64,000 nt of DNA from Bacteroidota bacterium. Lineage in GTDB: Bacteria > Bacteroidota > Bacteroidia > JABDFU01. The stretch is taken from positions 20,575-84,574 of the forward strand of contig JABDFU010000002.1 of assembly GCA_013286385.1 (NCBI GenBank), in the 5' to 3' direction. Of this stretch, positions 29,578 to 38,623 are shown one piece after another. Made by a program: the position numbers and the translations under genes. Under the pieces are notes generated by a model. It saw only the letters and a list, made by a program, of their open reading frames with translations. It was not told the DNA's origin and did no database searches. Each line of letters starts with the position of its first letter. Position 1 is the first letter of the stretch.

Positions 29578-30475
29578 ACATCTTTTTATACTGGTTTGCA
29601 TACTTCCCTTCGGGTCGGGTTATGCACAGAAATCGTTGCGTGAATTTGAGGATTCTTTACTCTTGTTTCAGAGAAAATTGTACGCTGTCAAAAATGACCG
29701 GGAAAAACTGGAAGTAAACAGGAATCTGAATTCCTGCCTTGAAAGGGCCCTTCAGCTTGAAAAATCCTTTGAGTACCCCTTTGACTCCCTGACGGAAATC
29801 GGACGCCTGACTGACCCCGATCGCACTTTCAGGATCATCGAATGGGATGTCCCTCTGAATGATGGAACTCACCTGTACTGTGGTTTCATTCAGTCCTGGA
29901 ACCCTAAACGGAAAGCTTTTCAGCTCTACCCGCTTATCGATAAATCAGCCGATATCAAAAACCCTGAAAATTATACCGGTGAAGCTGCAAAGTGGTACGG
30001 CATGCTGTATTACAAAATTATCCCGGTTAAGAGCAGGGGCAAAAAGCTGTACACACTTTTGGGTCAACGTCTGCAGGACAAGCTCACGACAAAAAAAATA
30101 GTTGATGTCCTTGCTTTTAATTCGGACGGTAGCCCCCGCTTCGGAGCGGATATATTCAAATACGGGAAGGCTTCACCAAAGCGTGTAGTTTTTGAGTATT
30201 CGGCTCAGGTGGTTATGTCCCTGAAATACGACGAACACTTATCGCAGATTGTTTTTGATCACCTCTCTCCCTCCGAGCCGAGGTTTGAAGGACAGCATCA
30301 GTATTACGGACCCGACTTTAGTGTGGATGCCTTTCAGCTTAAGAAAGGCAAATGGCACTATGTTCAGGATGTGGATGCGAGAAACAAATCAAAACAAAAG
30401 GAAGGAAAGTACAACGACCCCCAAAACCAAGGTAAAGAACACGAGCCCAAACAGTTTTATACGCCTAAGAACTAA
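29540..30475 (+). CDS. hypothetical secreted protein, 311 aa
   Basis: Hydrophobic N-terminus LFILVCILPFGSGYAQ. The ATG at 29540 overlaps the ferredoxin 3' end by 38 nt. No recognised domain. Confidence 0.5.
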   Translation: MPYWLKRIPCTCKHLFILVCILPFGSGYAQKSLREFEDSLLLFQRKLYAVKNDREKLEVNRNLNSCLERALQLEKSFEYPFDSLTEIGRLTDPDRTFRIIEWDVPLNDGTHLYCGFIQSWNPKRKAFQLYPLIDKSADIKNPENYTGEAAKWYGMLYYKIIPVKSRGKKLYTLLGQRLQDKLTTKKIVDVLAFNSDGSPRFGADIFKYGKASPKRVVFEYSAQVVMSLKYDEHLSQIVFDHLSPSEPRFEGQHQYYGPDFSVDAFQLKKGKWHYVQDVDARNKSKQKEGKYNDPQNQGKEHEPKQFYTPKN

Positions 30476-31230
30476 TTCGAATTGCCGCCCTGGCCGTTTA
30501 CAAAATTGTCTGAGTTTTTGTAGGTGCCGTTGTCGTCGTAAAATTTCCAGAGGCCTTCTTTTACATAATCAATCTGATCGAGACTGTATTTCATCGGGCC
30601 TTCTTCTTTGATGTTTCCATTCTCATTGTATTCTTTCTTATAATAGTAATACACCTTTTTCTTTATCCCGGTTAATTCAAACAGACTCTGGGGCTTTCCG
30701 TTTTCTGCAAAGGAATTCATATGGATCAGGTTTTCCATGTTTCGTGTGTGCTCTTCCTGATATTTCAGCTGGCCGCCAGGGTAAAAGTCCTCTTCTTTTA
30801 ACACATTGTTTCCGTAGTATTCAATATCGGCTTTCAGTTTTCCATCCTTGTAATAAATTTTCATGGCAGCGCGTTTCAGATCTGTTACCTTGAAATCCCT
30901 TTCGAGCTGTCCGTTGTCGTAATAGTTTCTGTAAACTTTTAACTGGCCGTCCACATAATACCCTCTGTGTAACAATTTCCCATTGCTGTAATAATCCTCG
31001 AACCAGTTTTGCAGGGCATACCCCTTGGGGCCATTTCGTACGGAATCCCCGCCGATTATAAAATTGAGCCTGTCGTATTTTTTAATTCCGTAATCAGGAT
31101 CCAGCACCTCTGATTCGAGATACGTTTTGGGTGTTTTGTTGTCGCCCCTGAGGATTTGCTGGGCCGTCAAAGGCCTGGCCGCAAAAAGGACAGCAACAAA
31201 AAGCAGTGCAGTACAAATTTTATTGTACAT
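30472..31230 (-). CDS. MORN-variant (YwqK-like) repeat protein, secreted, 252 aa
   Basis: Signal peptide plus repeated YY.NG.L...G.Y.dG...G units (YYSNGKLLHRGYYVDGQLKVYRNYYDNGQLERDF). Confidence 0.65.
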   Translation of the reverse strand: MYNKICTALLFVAVLFAARPLTAQQILRGDNKTPKTYLESEVLDPDYGIKKYDRLNFIIGGDSVRNGPKGYALQNWFEDYYSNGKLLHRGYYVDGQLKVYRNYYDNGQLERDFKVTDLKRAAMKIYYKDGKLKADIEYYGNNVLKEEDFYPGGQLKYQEEHTRNMENLIHMNSFAENGKPQSLFELTGIKKKVYYYYKKEYNENGNIKEEGPMKYSLDQIDYVKEGLWKFYDDNGTYKNSDNFVNGQGGNSN

Positions 31231-31289
31231 GATTGAACCTTACATTTTCAGTGCAAGTATATGAAAATAAATGTTTTGTAGGCCAGCAT

Positions 31290-32234
31290 TTAGTGAATTC
31301 CTTTTTCAGCCAGGTAGCGTTCGGCGTCGAGGGCGCCCATGCAGCCACTTCCTGCGGCAGTAACGGCCTGGCGGTAAACTTTATCCTGTGCATCGCCTAC
31401 TGCAAAAACCCCGGGCCTGCCGGTCTTGCTGGTACCGGGTACTGTTTTAATATACCCGGTCTCGTCTAAGGTAAGCCAGTCCTTAAAAATGCCTGTGTTC
31501 GGCTGATGTCCTATGGCAACAAAAAAGCCGGTAATAACAAGGTTGCGCTCCTGACCGGTTTTCAGGTTGAGGATGCGTGCCCCGGTCACTCCTTTGTCTC
31601 CTGTGATTTCTTTGGTTTCGCTGTTCCACAAAATCTCAATATTTGCTGTTTTCAGCACCCTTTCCTGCATGGCTTTTGAAGCGCGCATTTCGCTTCTGCG
31701 TACAATCATGTAAACTTTTCTGCAAAGCTTGGCAAGGTAAGTGGCCTCTTCAGCAGCCGTGTCACCCGCGCCAACGATGGCCACATCCTGACCCTTGAAA
31801 AAGAACCCGTCACAAACGGCGCAGGCAGAAACGCCAAAGCCGTTGAATTTCTGTTCTGATTCCAGGCCCAGCCATTTTGCAGAAGCGCCGGTTGCAATTA
31901 TTAGTGCATGGGTTTGAACGGTGGTTTGATCATCAATAACCACTTTATGTAAAGGACCTGTCAAGTCGACTTTTGTTGCCATTCCCCAGCGCACTTCTGT
32001 TGCGAACCGCTCGGCCTGGGCTTTAAAATCCTCCATCATTTCAGGACCCTGGGTTCCTTTCGGGTAGCCCGGATAATTTTCAACTTCCGTAGTAGTTGTA
32101 AGCTGACCTCCGGGCTGGAGTCCCTGGTAAATAACGGGTTTAAGTCCGGCTCTTGCTGCATAAATAGCAGCTGTATATCCGGCAGGGCCGCTACCGAGAA
32201 TAAGGCACTGGATATGTTCAGGTTGATCGCTCAT
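31290..32234 (-). CDS. trxB: thioredoxin-disulfide reductase
   Basis: ILGSGPAGYTAAIYAARA FAD motif, redox-active CAVCDG, GAGDTAAEEA NADPH motif. 314 aa. Confidence 0.9.
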   Translation of the reverse strand: MSDQPEHIQCLILGSGPAGYTAAIYAARAGLKPVIYQGLQPGGQLTTTTEVENYPGYPKGTQGPEMMEDFKAQAERFATEVRWGMATKVDLTGPLHKVVIDDQTTVQTHALIIATGASAKWLGLESEQKFNGFGVSACAVCDGFFFKGQDVAIVGAGDTAAEEATYLAKLCRKVYMIVRRSEMRASKAMQERVLKTANIEILWNSETKEITGDKGVTGARILNLKTGQERNLVITGFFVAIGHQPNTGIFKDWLTLDETGYIKTVPGTSKTGRPGVFAVGDAQDKVYRQAVTAAGSGCMGALDAERYLAEKGIH

Positions 32235-32277
32235 AAGTTTTTTTTTGAGGGCCTAAAGGTAGCAATTATAAATAGTC

Positions 32278-32285
32278 TAATTTTG
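32278..32285 (+). promoter_or_regulatory. candidate -7 box (TAatTTTG) for the hydrolase gene
   Basis: taattttg lies 26 nt upstream of the TTG at 32311 and 35 nt upstream of the GTG at 32320. Confidence 0.35.
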
Positions 32286-32310
32286 GCGACAACAGCTTAA
32301 ATTTAAGATT

Positions 32311-33183
32311 TTGAATAAAGTGTCGTCCACTATTTGCCGGATTCCCCTGCTGCTGCTACTGGTCTTTACGCTTCTGCCCCTGTCGGTTTTTACACTTCTG
32401 CCCCTGTCGGTTTTTACGCCTGCCAAAGCTGTTCAACTATTTTTTCAGCGGGACACTACACTGGTTTTAAACGGGGACAGTGTGGATTTGCTTTTTCCCC
32501 GCATCCATCCCGTTGGTGAAATCCTGGTTTTGCCCGGATGGAATTTTTCGAGGAAAAAATGCTGTGCATCCTCCTCCTTTTGCAGCACAGCGTTGAGCAA
32601 AGGTTACATTCTCATTTTGCCTGAAATGGGCAAAAGCGTTTACGCTTCCCGCCTTTATCCCGAAACCCGAAAGGACTGGATACGCTATCCCGAATTGCCC
32701 TGGGTGCTGGACACCCTTTTCGGTACCCTCCAAAAAAAGTTCGGTCTATTGAAACCCGGACAGAATAATTACATTTTTGGTATTTCTACCGGAGGCAGAG
32801 GTGTCGCTCTGATCATGGAAAACAGTTTAACACTTTTCAAAGCCGGGGCAGCCCTTTCGGGAGATTACGATCAAACCCTTTTTCCGGGAGATAATCTGAT
32901 GAAGGGAGTTTATGGGGAGTTTGGTTCGTTCAGGTCGCGTTGGGAGGGAGCAGACAATCCGGCGCGAAACGCAGTAAAAATTACCGTGCCCCTCTATTTG
33001 GGGCATGGAGAGAATGATAAAATCGTGCCTTGCGGCCAGAGTAAATTGTTTTTTGAGGCTTTGAACAGCACCAAAAATCCTGAGAAATTCAAACTTCACC
33101 TTTCAGAAAAACACGGGCATGACTATGCCTACTGGGATTCAGAAACCTCAGCGGTTTTGGATTTCTTTGTGCGAAACCGCTAG
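32311..33183 (+). CDS. alpha/beta hydrolase (esterase/peptidase S9-like), secreted, about 290 aa
   Basis: GISTGG nucleophile elbow, GHGENDKIVP and EKHGHDY near the C-terminus. Non-ATG start (TTG at 32311 or GTG at 32320). The signal region contains an in-frame duplication. Confidence 0.65.
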   Translation: MNKVSSTICRIPLLLLLVFTLLPLSVFTLLPLSVFTPAKAVQLFFQRDTTLVLNGDSVDLLFPRIHPVGEILVLPGWNFSRKKCCASSSFCSTALSKGYILILPEMGKSVYASRLYPETRKDWIRYPELPWVLDTLFGTLQKKFGLLKPGQNNYIFGISTGGRGVALIMENSLTLFKAGAALSGDYDQTLFPGDNLMKGVYGEFGSFRSRWEGADNPARNAVKITVPLYLGHGENDKIVPCGQSKLFFEALNSTKNPEKFKLHLSEKHGHDYAYWDSETSAVLDFFVRNR

Positions 33184-33201
33184 TCGGTCTGGCTTGACTT
33201 C

Positions 33202-33837
33202 TTAATGCTTGGCCAGATAGCTGGCCACTCCGTCGTGTGTGTCTTTCATCGCCTCTTTCCCTTTGCTCCAGTTGGCAGGGCAGACTTCTCCGTTTTCTTC
33301 TGTAAACTGAATAGCATCCACCATGCGAAGGGCTTCGTCAACGTTGCGGCCCAGCGGAAGATCGTTGACCAGCAAATGCCTGACCACACCCTTTTTGTCA
33401 AGTATGAACAGCCCGCGGTAGGCAATCATAGAGCCGGTAGTACAGAGGTTTCCCTGTTCATCGGTGTAATAATCGCCGGTTAATACCCCGTAATTGGCTG
33501 CGATGGTTTTTGACGTGTCGGCCACGACAGGGTATGTAATGCCCTGAATGCCGCCCATTTTTTTAGGCATTTGCAGCCAGCCCCAATGGCTTTGCTCGGT
33601 ATCCGTTGAGCAGGCCACTACCGCAGTGTGGCGCTTTTCAAATTCAGCCAGCTTTTCCTGAAAGGCAAACAGTTCGGTCGGACAAACGAAAGTGAAATCC
33701 TTAGGGTAGAAAAAAAACACCACCATTTTTTTCCCTATGTATTGATCCAATGAAAAGTTTTTTACAAATTCGCCTCCGTTCACAACGGCATCTGCCTTAA
33801 ATGAAGGAGCCTGTTTTCCAACCAATGTTGTGTTCAT
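33202..33837 (-). CDS. ahpC: typical 2-Cys peroxiredoxin (alkyl hydroperoxide reductase C type)
   Basis: FFFYPKDFTFVCPTE (peroxidatic Cys) and EVCPANW (resolving Cys). 211 aa. Confidence 0.9.
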   Translation of the reverse strand: MNTTLVGKQAPSFKADAVVNGGEFVKNFSLDQYIGKKMVVFFFYPKDFTFVCPTELFAFQEKLAEFEKRHTAVVACSTDTEQSHWGWLQMPKKMGGIQGITYPVVADTSKTIAANYGVLTGDYYTDEQGNLCTTGSMIAYRGLFILDKKGVVRHLLVNDLPLGRNVDEALRMVDAIQFTEENGEVCPANWSKGKEAMKDTHDGVASYLAKH

Positions 33838-33921
33838 TTTAGTTTGTTTTTTTTAGATTGTTTTGTAAGGCGAATTTAGTGAATATTTGCTTTCTTTGTC
33901 TGAAACAAATAAATCAAAACA

Positions 33922-34395
33922 ATGCAAATTAAAATAGGAGACAAAGCCCCGCTTTTCGAACTGCCTGATACAGACAAGAAAATGGTAAAACTGGCCGACT
34001 GCCAGGGCAAAAACGTAGTAGTACTTTTTTTCCCTGCTGCCTTTACGGGTACCTGCACCAAAGAAATGTGTCAGACCAGGGATGAACTGGCTATGTTCAA
34101 CAGTCTGAATGCCGTCGTTTTCGGTATTTCCGTTGATCTCCCCTTTAGTCTGAATAAGTTCAAAGAAGACCAGAAACTCAACTTCACCCTTCTTTCTGAT
34201 TTTAACAAACAGGCCTGTACAGCCTACGGTTGCATGTTTCCGGAGTGGATTGCGGGATTAAAAGGTGTGGCTAAACGAGCCTCTTTCGTCATCGATAAGG
34301 CCGGAATCGTCCGTTTCGCCGAGGTTTTGGAAACAGCCGGTGAGTACCCAAATTTTGAAGGTATTCACGGGGCTCTCCAAAAAATGAGCGATTAA
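33922..34395 (+). CDS. peroxiredoxin, AhpC/TSA family (Bcp/PrxQ/AhpE-like), 157 aa
   Basis: KNVVVLFFPAAFTGTCTKEMC motif. Confidence 0.8.
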   Translation: MQIKIGDKAPLFELPDTDKKMVKLADCQGKNVVVLFFPAAFTGTCTKEMCQTRDELAMFNSLNAVVFGISVDLPFSLNKFKEDQKLNFTLLSDFNKQACTAYGCMFPEWIAGLKGVAKRASFVIDKAGIVRFAEVLETAGEYPNFEGIHGALQKMSD

Positions 34396-34436
34396 CCATT
34401 AGCCATTAGGGAGGTACCCCTATTCGCTGGTTTTTT
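34387..34436. terminator. possible bidirectional terminator structure between convergent genes
   Basis: Outer pairing agcga/tcgct and inner pairing taggg/cccta. Followed by TTTTTT on the plus strand and preceded by AAAA. The stems are imperfect. Confidence 0.3.
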
Positions 34437-34445
34437 GCTAATCAC

Positions 34446-35189
34446 TTAGATTTTCTGTCCGACCACAATCAGACGTTCTGATGTCTCCGGCTTGAAATCC
34501 TCTAACTGGTAATTGCCGAACAGATTGGTGATTTTTAAACCGGTCGCTTTAAAGTAGTGTTCAAAATCGGCCTGCCTGAGCAGTTGTACTTTTTCGCTGT
34601 ACTGACGAAGCCCTGAATCGGTTTTGAATTGAATGTCTTTCATCAATTGGTTACCTGAAATGTATTTGCGGATTTTAAAATGGATCCCGTCAATGTCTTT
34701 TTCTTCGCTGACCGGGCATTGCCTCAAAACGGTATTCGAATTGAAAAAATCAATAAGCAGAATACCCTCTTTTTTCAGGGCCGTGTACATGGTTTTTACC
34801 GCAAGTTCGTTTTCGTGTTCAGTTTTGAAATAACCGAAACTGGTAAATAAATTCAGGCACAGGTCAAAATAGTTGCTGACAAAGGGTTTGCGCATATCGT
34901 GTACAGCAAAACGCAGGTTTTCATTTTCATGGCTCCTGGCGAATGCAATGCTGTTTTCAGAAATGTCAATGCCGGTTACATCGTATCCTTTTTTATTCAG
35001 GTAGATGGCATGTCTTCCCCTCCCGCAGGCAATGTCTGCAATACGGGCATTATCCCTCAGCTTTAGCCGTCCCAGAATACTGTCAATAAAGCGTTTCGCT
35101 TCGGTCTCATCCCTGTTTTTGTATAAGGTATGGTAGTATGAACTGTTGAACCAATCTGAAAACCATTCTGTTTCCTGCGTTTTTGACAT
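34446..35189 (-). CDS. class I SAM-dependent methyltransferase, 247 aa
   Basis: Start moved to the ATG at 35189 (MSKTQETEWFSDWFNSSYYHTLY). Motif I is IADIACGRGRHAIYL. The 81 upstream codons of the track ORF are Trp/Thr-rich nonsense that overlaps the divergent promoter region. Confidence 0.75.
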   Translation of the reverse strand: MSKTQETEWFSDWFNSSYYHTLYKNRDETEAKRFIDSILGRLKLRDNARIADIACGRGRHAIYLNKKGYDVTGIDISENSIAFARSHENENLRFAVHDMRKPFVSNYFDLCLNLFTSFGYFKTEHENELAVKTMYTALKKEGILLIDFFNSNTVLRQCPVSEEKDIDGIHFKIRKYISGNQLMKDIQFKTDSGLRQYSEKVQLLRQADFEHYFKATGLKITNLFGNYQLEDFKPETSERLIVVGQKI

Positions 35190-35221
35190 TCTGCAAATGT
35201 AGTATTTCCGCATCAACTTCT

Positions 35222-35229
35222 TATATTTG
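35222..35229 (+). promoter_or_regulatory. candidate -7 box (TAtaTTTG) for sensor 2
   Basis: tatatttg lies 43 nt upstream of the ATG at 35272. Its 3' part lies inside the first copy of a 19-nt direct repeat. Confidence 0.35.
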
Positions 35230-35271
35230 GCTGGCTTTCCAATTGTATTTGGCCGGCTTTCCAAGAGGCTT

Positions 35272-38200
35272 ATGAAAGGTATTCCCAACTTATTCTGTAA
35301 AACAAGGCGCCTGGGAATCAGTTTGCTTCTTATCCAGCTATCCGTTGTCCAGCATGTCTCCGTAGGCCAGAATGTCCCGGCAGGCCAGAACTCATCCGTT
35401 GCCCAGAAATTAAACGTAAAGCTCAGGCACATTACTTCAGAGCAGGGTTTGTCCCAGTCGATGGTGAATTGTATTTTGCAGGATCACCGGGGATTCATGT
35501 GGTTCGGTACCCAGGACGGTTTAAACCGCTACGACGGCAATAAAATAAAGGTTTACAGCGCCGATCCCGATAACCCGCAAAGCATAGCAGGTAATTTTGT
35601 AAGCTGCCTGCTGGAAGATAATCAGGGCCGCATCTGGATAGGTTCTGAAAACAACGGTATCAGTATTTACGACCCCCGAACTGATAATTTTATACGGCTG
35701 CTGTCTGAAGAGGCCAACAAAAGTTCCCTGAGCGATAACTCGATTAAGAATTTATGTCTTGGGCGGGATACTAAAATATGGGTCGCAACTGCAAAGGGCT
35801 TAAACGCAATTGATTTGAATACCCTGGATGTGCAGCGCTATTTTATAGGTTCTTCAGAAAAACCGGAGATCATCACCAACGAAATCTACCTGATTGTCGA
35901 ACATCCGGCTGAGCAGAAGTTATGGGTCATTACTCCTCTTGGTATTTATTCCTTTGATAAACAAACGGCCCGTTTTACCAGGCTCAGTCTTTCAGACCGG
36001 GAATTGGGAAAAATAAATTCGGCTACAGTTGACAATGCGGGCCATATCTATATCAATACCAACCTGAAAGGAATTAAAATGCTTGACGTTCAGAACGGCT
36101 TGATAAAAGAAGATCAGTTTGCTCAGTTGAGGTACAAAAAGGGGGATGTCTTTCAGATTACTTCTGCCAGCCGGAATAATGAGGGCGTATATTATTATGG
36201 TACGGATAAAAAAGGAATTCTTCTGCTGGACAGCAAAGGAAACTACCGGGAAATCAGTTCGGGCGATCAGCCTGGAAATTTATTAAGTGATAAAATTCAC
36301 TGCATTTACTTTGATCCTTCGGGCTATATGTGGGTGGGAACCGATCTTGGGGTTGACTTTTTGCAGGCGGGGAAACTGAAATTCAAGACGATTACCACCC
36401 AGGATTTCGAAACCGGCGCACTTGGGAGCAACGATATTATGTCCGTGCTGAAAGATGGAAACAGGTTGCTTTTGGGAACCAGCAGCAAAGGCCTGAGCGT
36501 AATCGATCTGGTCAGCGGTAAGGCCCTGGAACTGCCCAAAGGTATCCCTTACGGAAGTGAAAACGGAGTCCTCAGCATACTGAAAAATGCTGAGGATAGT
36601 TACTGGCTGGGAACATGGGGAGGCGGGTTGGTTAAAGTTGATCTGAAAAATAAAACATTTCGCAATTTTAAGGCCTCCAACAGCATTTTGTCCGGACAGA
36701 ATATTACCTGCATGACCAAAGAGGGTGGTAAGCTCTGGATCGGAACTCTTGAAGAGGGTCTCTTTCTGCTCGACGAGCGGTCTGAAACTTTCAGTAAATA
36801 CACTGTCAATAATGGGCTCAGTTCCAACAGTATTTATTTTCTGGGTTTGGATAAAAACGGAGAATTGTGGATTGGCACAGTAGCAGGCGGTTTTGATGTA
36901 CTCAATACCCGCACAAAAAAGATCCGCGTTTACAAACACGAAAATTCTTCAAAACATTCCCTTAGTTCCAATACCGTCAACTATGTTTACCACGACGACA
37001 ACGGAATTGCCTGGATTGCCACTGACAACGGCCTGAACAGGTTCGACCCCGGATCAGGATCTTTTCTTTCCTATTACAAAAAGGACGGCTTGCCCAACAA
37101 TTACATTTACAGCATTCTTCCTGACGAAAGAGGTAATTTATGGATGAGCACTAACAAAGGGCTCAGTAAATTCAACCCCTTTGTTGAAAACACAGATGGT
37201 TCAGCCTTTACCAATTACGGTCCCGATGATGGCCTGCAAGGTGAGGAATTTAATCAGGGGGCTTACTATACTGCTTCGGACGGACAGCTGTATTTCGGCG
37301 GACTCAACGGAATCAGCGTTTTTTACCCCGAACGCCTGACCTCCAGCAGCCATATTCCTCCCGTATACATTACTTCCTATAAGCGATTTAATAAGGAAGT
37401 GAAACTCGACAGTTCGGTTCTTGTAAAGCGTCATATCGGGGTTTCGTACAAAGACAATTCCTTTTCGTTTGAATTTACGGCACTTGATTTTGATGATCCC
37501 GGAAGGAACAAATATTCCTGGAAAATGGAGGGCTTGCAGCGCGACTGGTCACCTCCCGGTATTCGGAATATTGCCGAATACCCCGAACTCAGTCCGGGTG
37601 AATACACGTTCAGGGTAAGGGCTTCCAACAGTGACGGAGAATGGAATACTACCGGCACTTCCATACGGATTTCTGTTTACCCTCCCTGGTACAAAACCAA
37701 ACTTGCTTATTTCTTTTTTGTGCTTGCAATGCTTGTTTCCACCTGGGGATTCAGTCAGTACCGAACCCTAAGGGTGGCCCTGCAAAAAAAGGCCCTGGAA
37801 CGAATGGTTCTTGACCGCACCATTCAGCTGGCTGATAAAAACAGGGACATCACGAGCAGCATCGAATACGCGAGAAAAATTCAGGATGCGATTTTGCCCC
37901 CGCTGTCAGACATTCACAAGGCTTTTTCGGACTCTTTTATTTTTTACAAACCCCGCGATATTGTCAGCGGGGATTTTTACTGGTTTTACGAAAAGGGGGA
38001 TAAAAAAATAATAGCAATTGTTGATTGTACAGGACATGGGGTGCCCGGGGCCTTCATGAGCATGATAGGTCATAATCTGTTGAATCAGGTCGTTATTGAA
38101 AAAGGTATTTTCTCAGCAGCCGAAATTCTCAATCAGCTGCGAAAAGGAATTCAGGCTGCCCTGAAACAGGGAAATTCAGGCATAGGCAGCAAGGACGGGA

Positions 38201-38610
38201 TGGACATCGCCCTCTGCGTTTTTGATGCCGGAAAAAATCAGATCCGCTATGCAGGGGCCTACCGCCCTCTTTATCTTTTCAGTGATGCGTATCCTGAAAA
38301 ACTAAAAAAAATAAACGGTGATAAATTTCCGGTAGGAGGGGCCCAGTTCGGAGAGGAGCAATCCTTTACAGAGCATATCCTTCAGCTTAACAAAGGAGAC
38401 ATGATTTACCTGTTTACAGATGGTTATTCTGATCAGTTTGGAGGAGAAAAGGGCAGGAAGTTTATGTTGAAACAGCTTACGGATTTACTGGGTACATGCT
38501 GGCATCATCCTGCAAAGGAACAACAGCGCATTCTGGAAGAATCGTTTGCGGACTGGAAAAAATCAAACGACCAGGTCGATGATGTTCTGATCGCGGGTAT
38601 ACGTGTTTAA
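35272..38610 (+). CDS. sensor protein paralog: periplasmic propeller repeats + Y_Y_Y, TM segment, coiled coil, PP2C/SpoIIE phosphatase; about 1112 aa
   Basis: Same architecture as 23043..26204. TM segment LAYFFFVLAMLVSTWGF. PP2C motifs SGDFYWF, DCTGHGVPGAFMSM, DGMDIAL, TDGYSDQFGG. The track ORF begins at the TTG at 35227; I prefer the ATG at 35272 (MKGIPNLF..). Confidence 0.85.
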   Translation: MKGIPNLFCKTRRLGISLLLIQLSVVQHVSVGQNVPAGQNSSVAQKLNVKLRHITSEQGLSQSMVNCILQDHRGFMWFGTQDGLNRYDGNKIKVYSADPDNPQSIAGNFVSCLLEDNQGRIWIGSENNGISIYDPRTDNFIRLLSEEANKSSLSDNSIKNLCLGRDTKIWVATAKGLNAIDLNTLDVQRYFIGSSEKPEIITNEIYLIVEHPAEQKLWVITPLGIYSFDKQTARFTRLSLSDRELGKINSATVDNAGHIYINTNLKGIKMLDVQNGLIKEDQFAQLRYKKGDVFQITSASRNNEGVYYYGTDKKGILLLDSKGNYREISSGDQPGNLLSDKIHCIYFDPSGYMWVGTDLGVDFLQAGKLKFKTITTQDFETGALGSNDIMSVLKDGNRLLLGTSSKGLSVIDLVSGKALELPKGIPYGSENGVLSILKNAEDSYWLGTWGGGLVKVDLKNKTFRNFKASNSILSGQNITCMTKEGGKLWIGTLEEGLFLLDERSETFSKYTVNNGLSSNSIYFLGLDKNGELWIGTVAGGFDVLNTRTKKIRVYKHENSSKHSLSSNTVNYVYHDDNGIAWIATDNGLNRFDPGSGSFLSYYKKDGLPNNYIYSILPDERGNLWMSTNKGLSKFNPFVENTDGSAFTNYGPDDGLQGEEFNQGAYYTASDGQLYFGGLNGISVFYPERLTSSSHIPPVYITSYKRFNKEVKLDSSVLVKRHIGVSYKDNSFSFEFTALDFDDPGRNKYSWKMEGLQRDWSPPGIRNIAEYPELSPGEYTFRVRASNSDGEWNTTGTSIRISVYPPWYKTKLAYFFFVLAMLVSTWGFSQYRTLRVALQKKALERMVLDRTIQLADKNRDITSSIEYARKIQDAILPPLSDIHKAFSDSFIFYKPRDIVSGDFYWFYEKGDKKIIAIVDCTGHGVPGAFMSMIGHNLLNQVVIEKGIFSAAEILNQLRKGIQAALKQGNSGIGSKDGMDIALCVFDAGKNQIRYAGAYRPLYLFSDAYPEKLKKINGDKFPVGGAQFGEEQSFTEHILQLNKGDMIYLFTDGYSDQFGGEKGRKFMLKQLTDLLGTCWHHPAKEQQRILEESFADWKKSNDQVDDVLIAGIRV

Positions 38611-38623
38611 GGGGTTCCTGAGT

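Noticed and set aside
35194-35201. TAcaTTTG match on the minus strand upstream of the methyltransferase
   Set aside because: It lies only 5 nt from the ATG. That would imply a leaderless transcript or a start inside the codon, and it is too uncertain to call.
35190-35432. 81-codon N-terminal extension of the methyltransferase ORF in the track
   Set aside because: Its Trp/Thr/Phe-rich low-complexity sequence overlaps the divergent sensor gene and its promoter. The internal ATG at 35189 gives a typical methyltransferase N-terminus and length.
36283-36939. 218-aa minus-strand ORF inside sensor 2
   Set aside because: It is antisense to propeller repeats with clear motifs. It has no start context, no motifs and no independent support.
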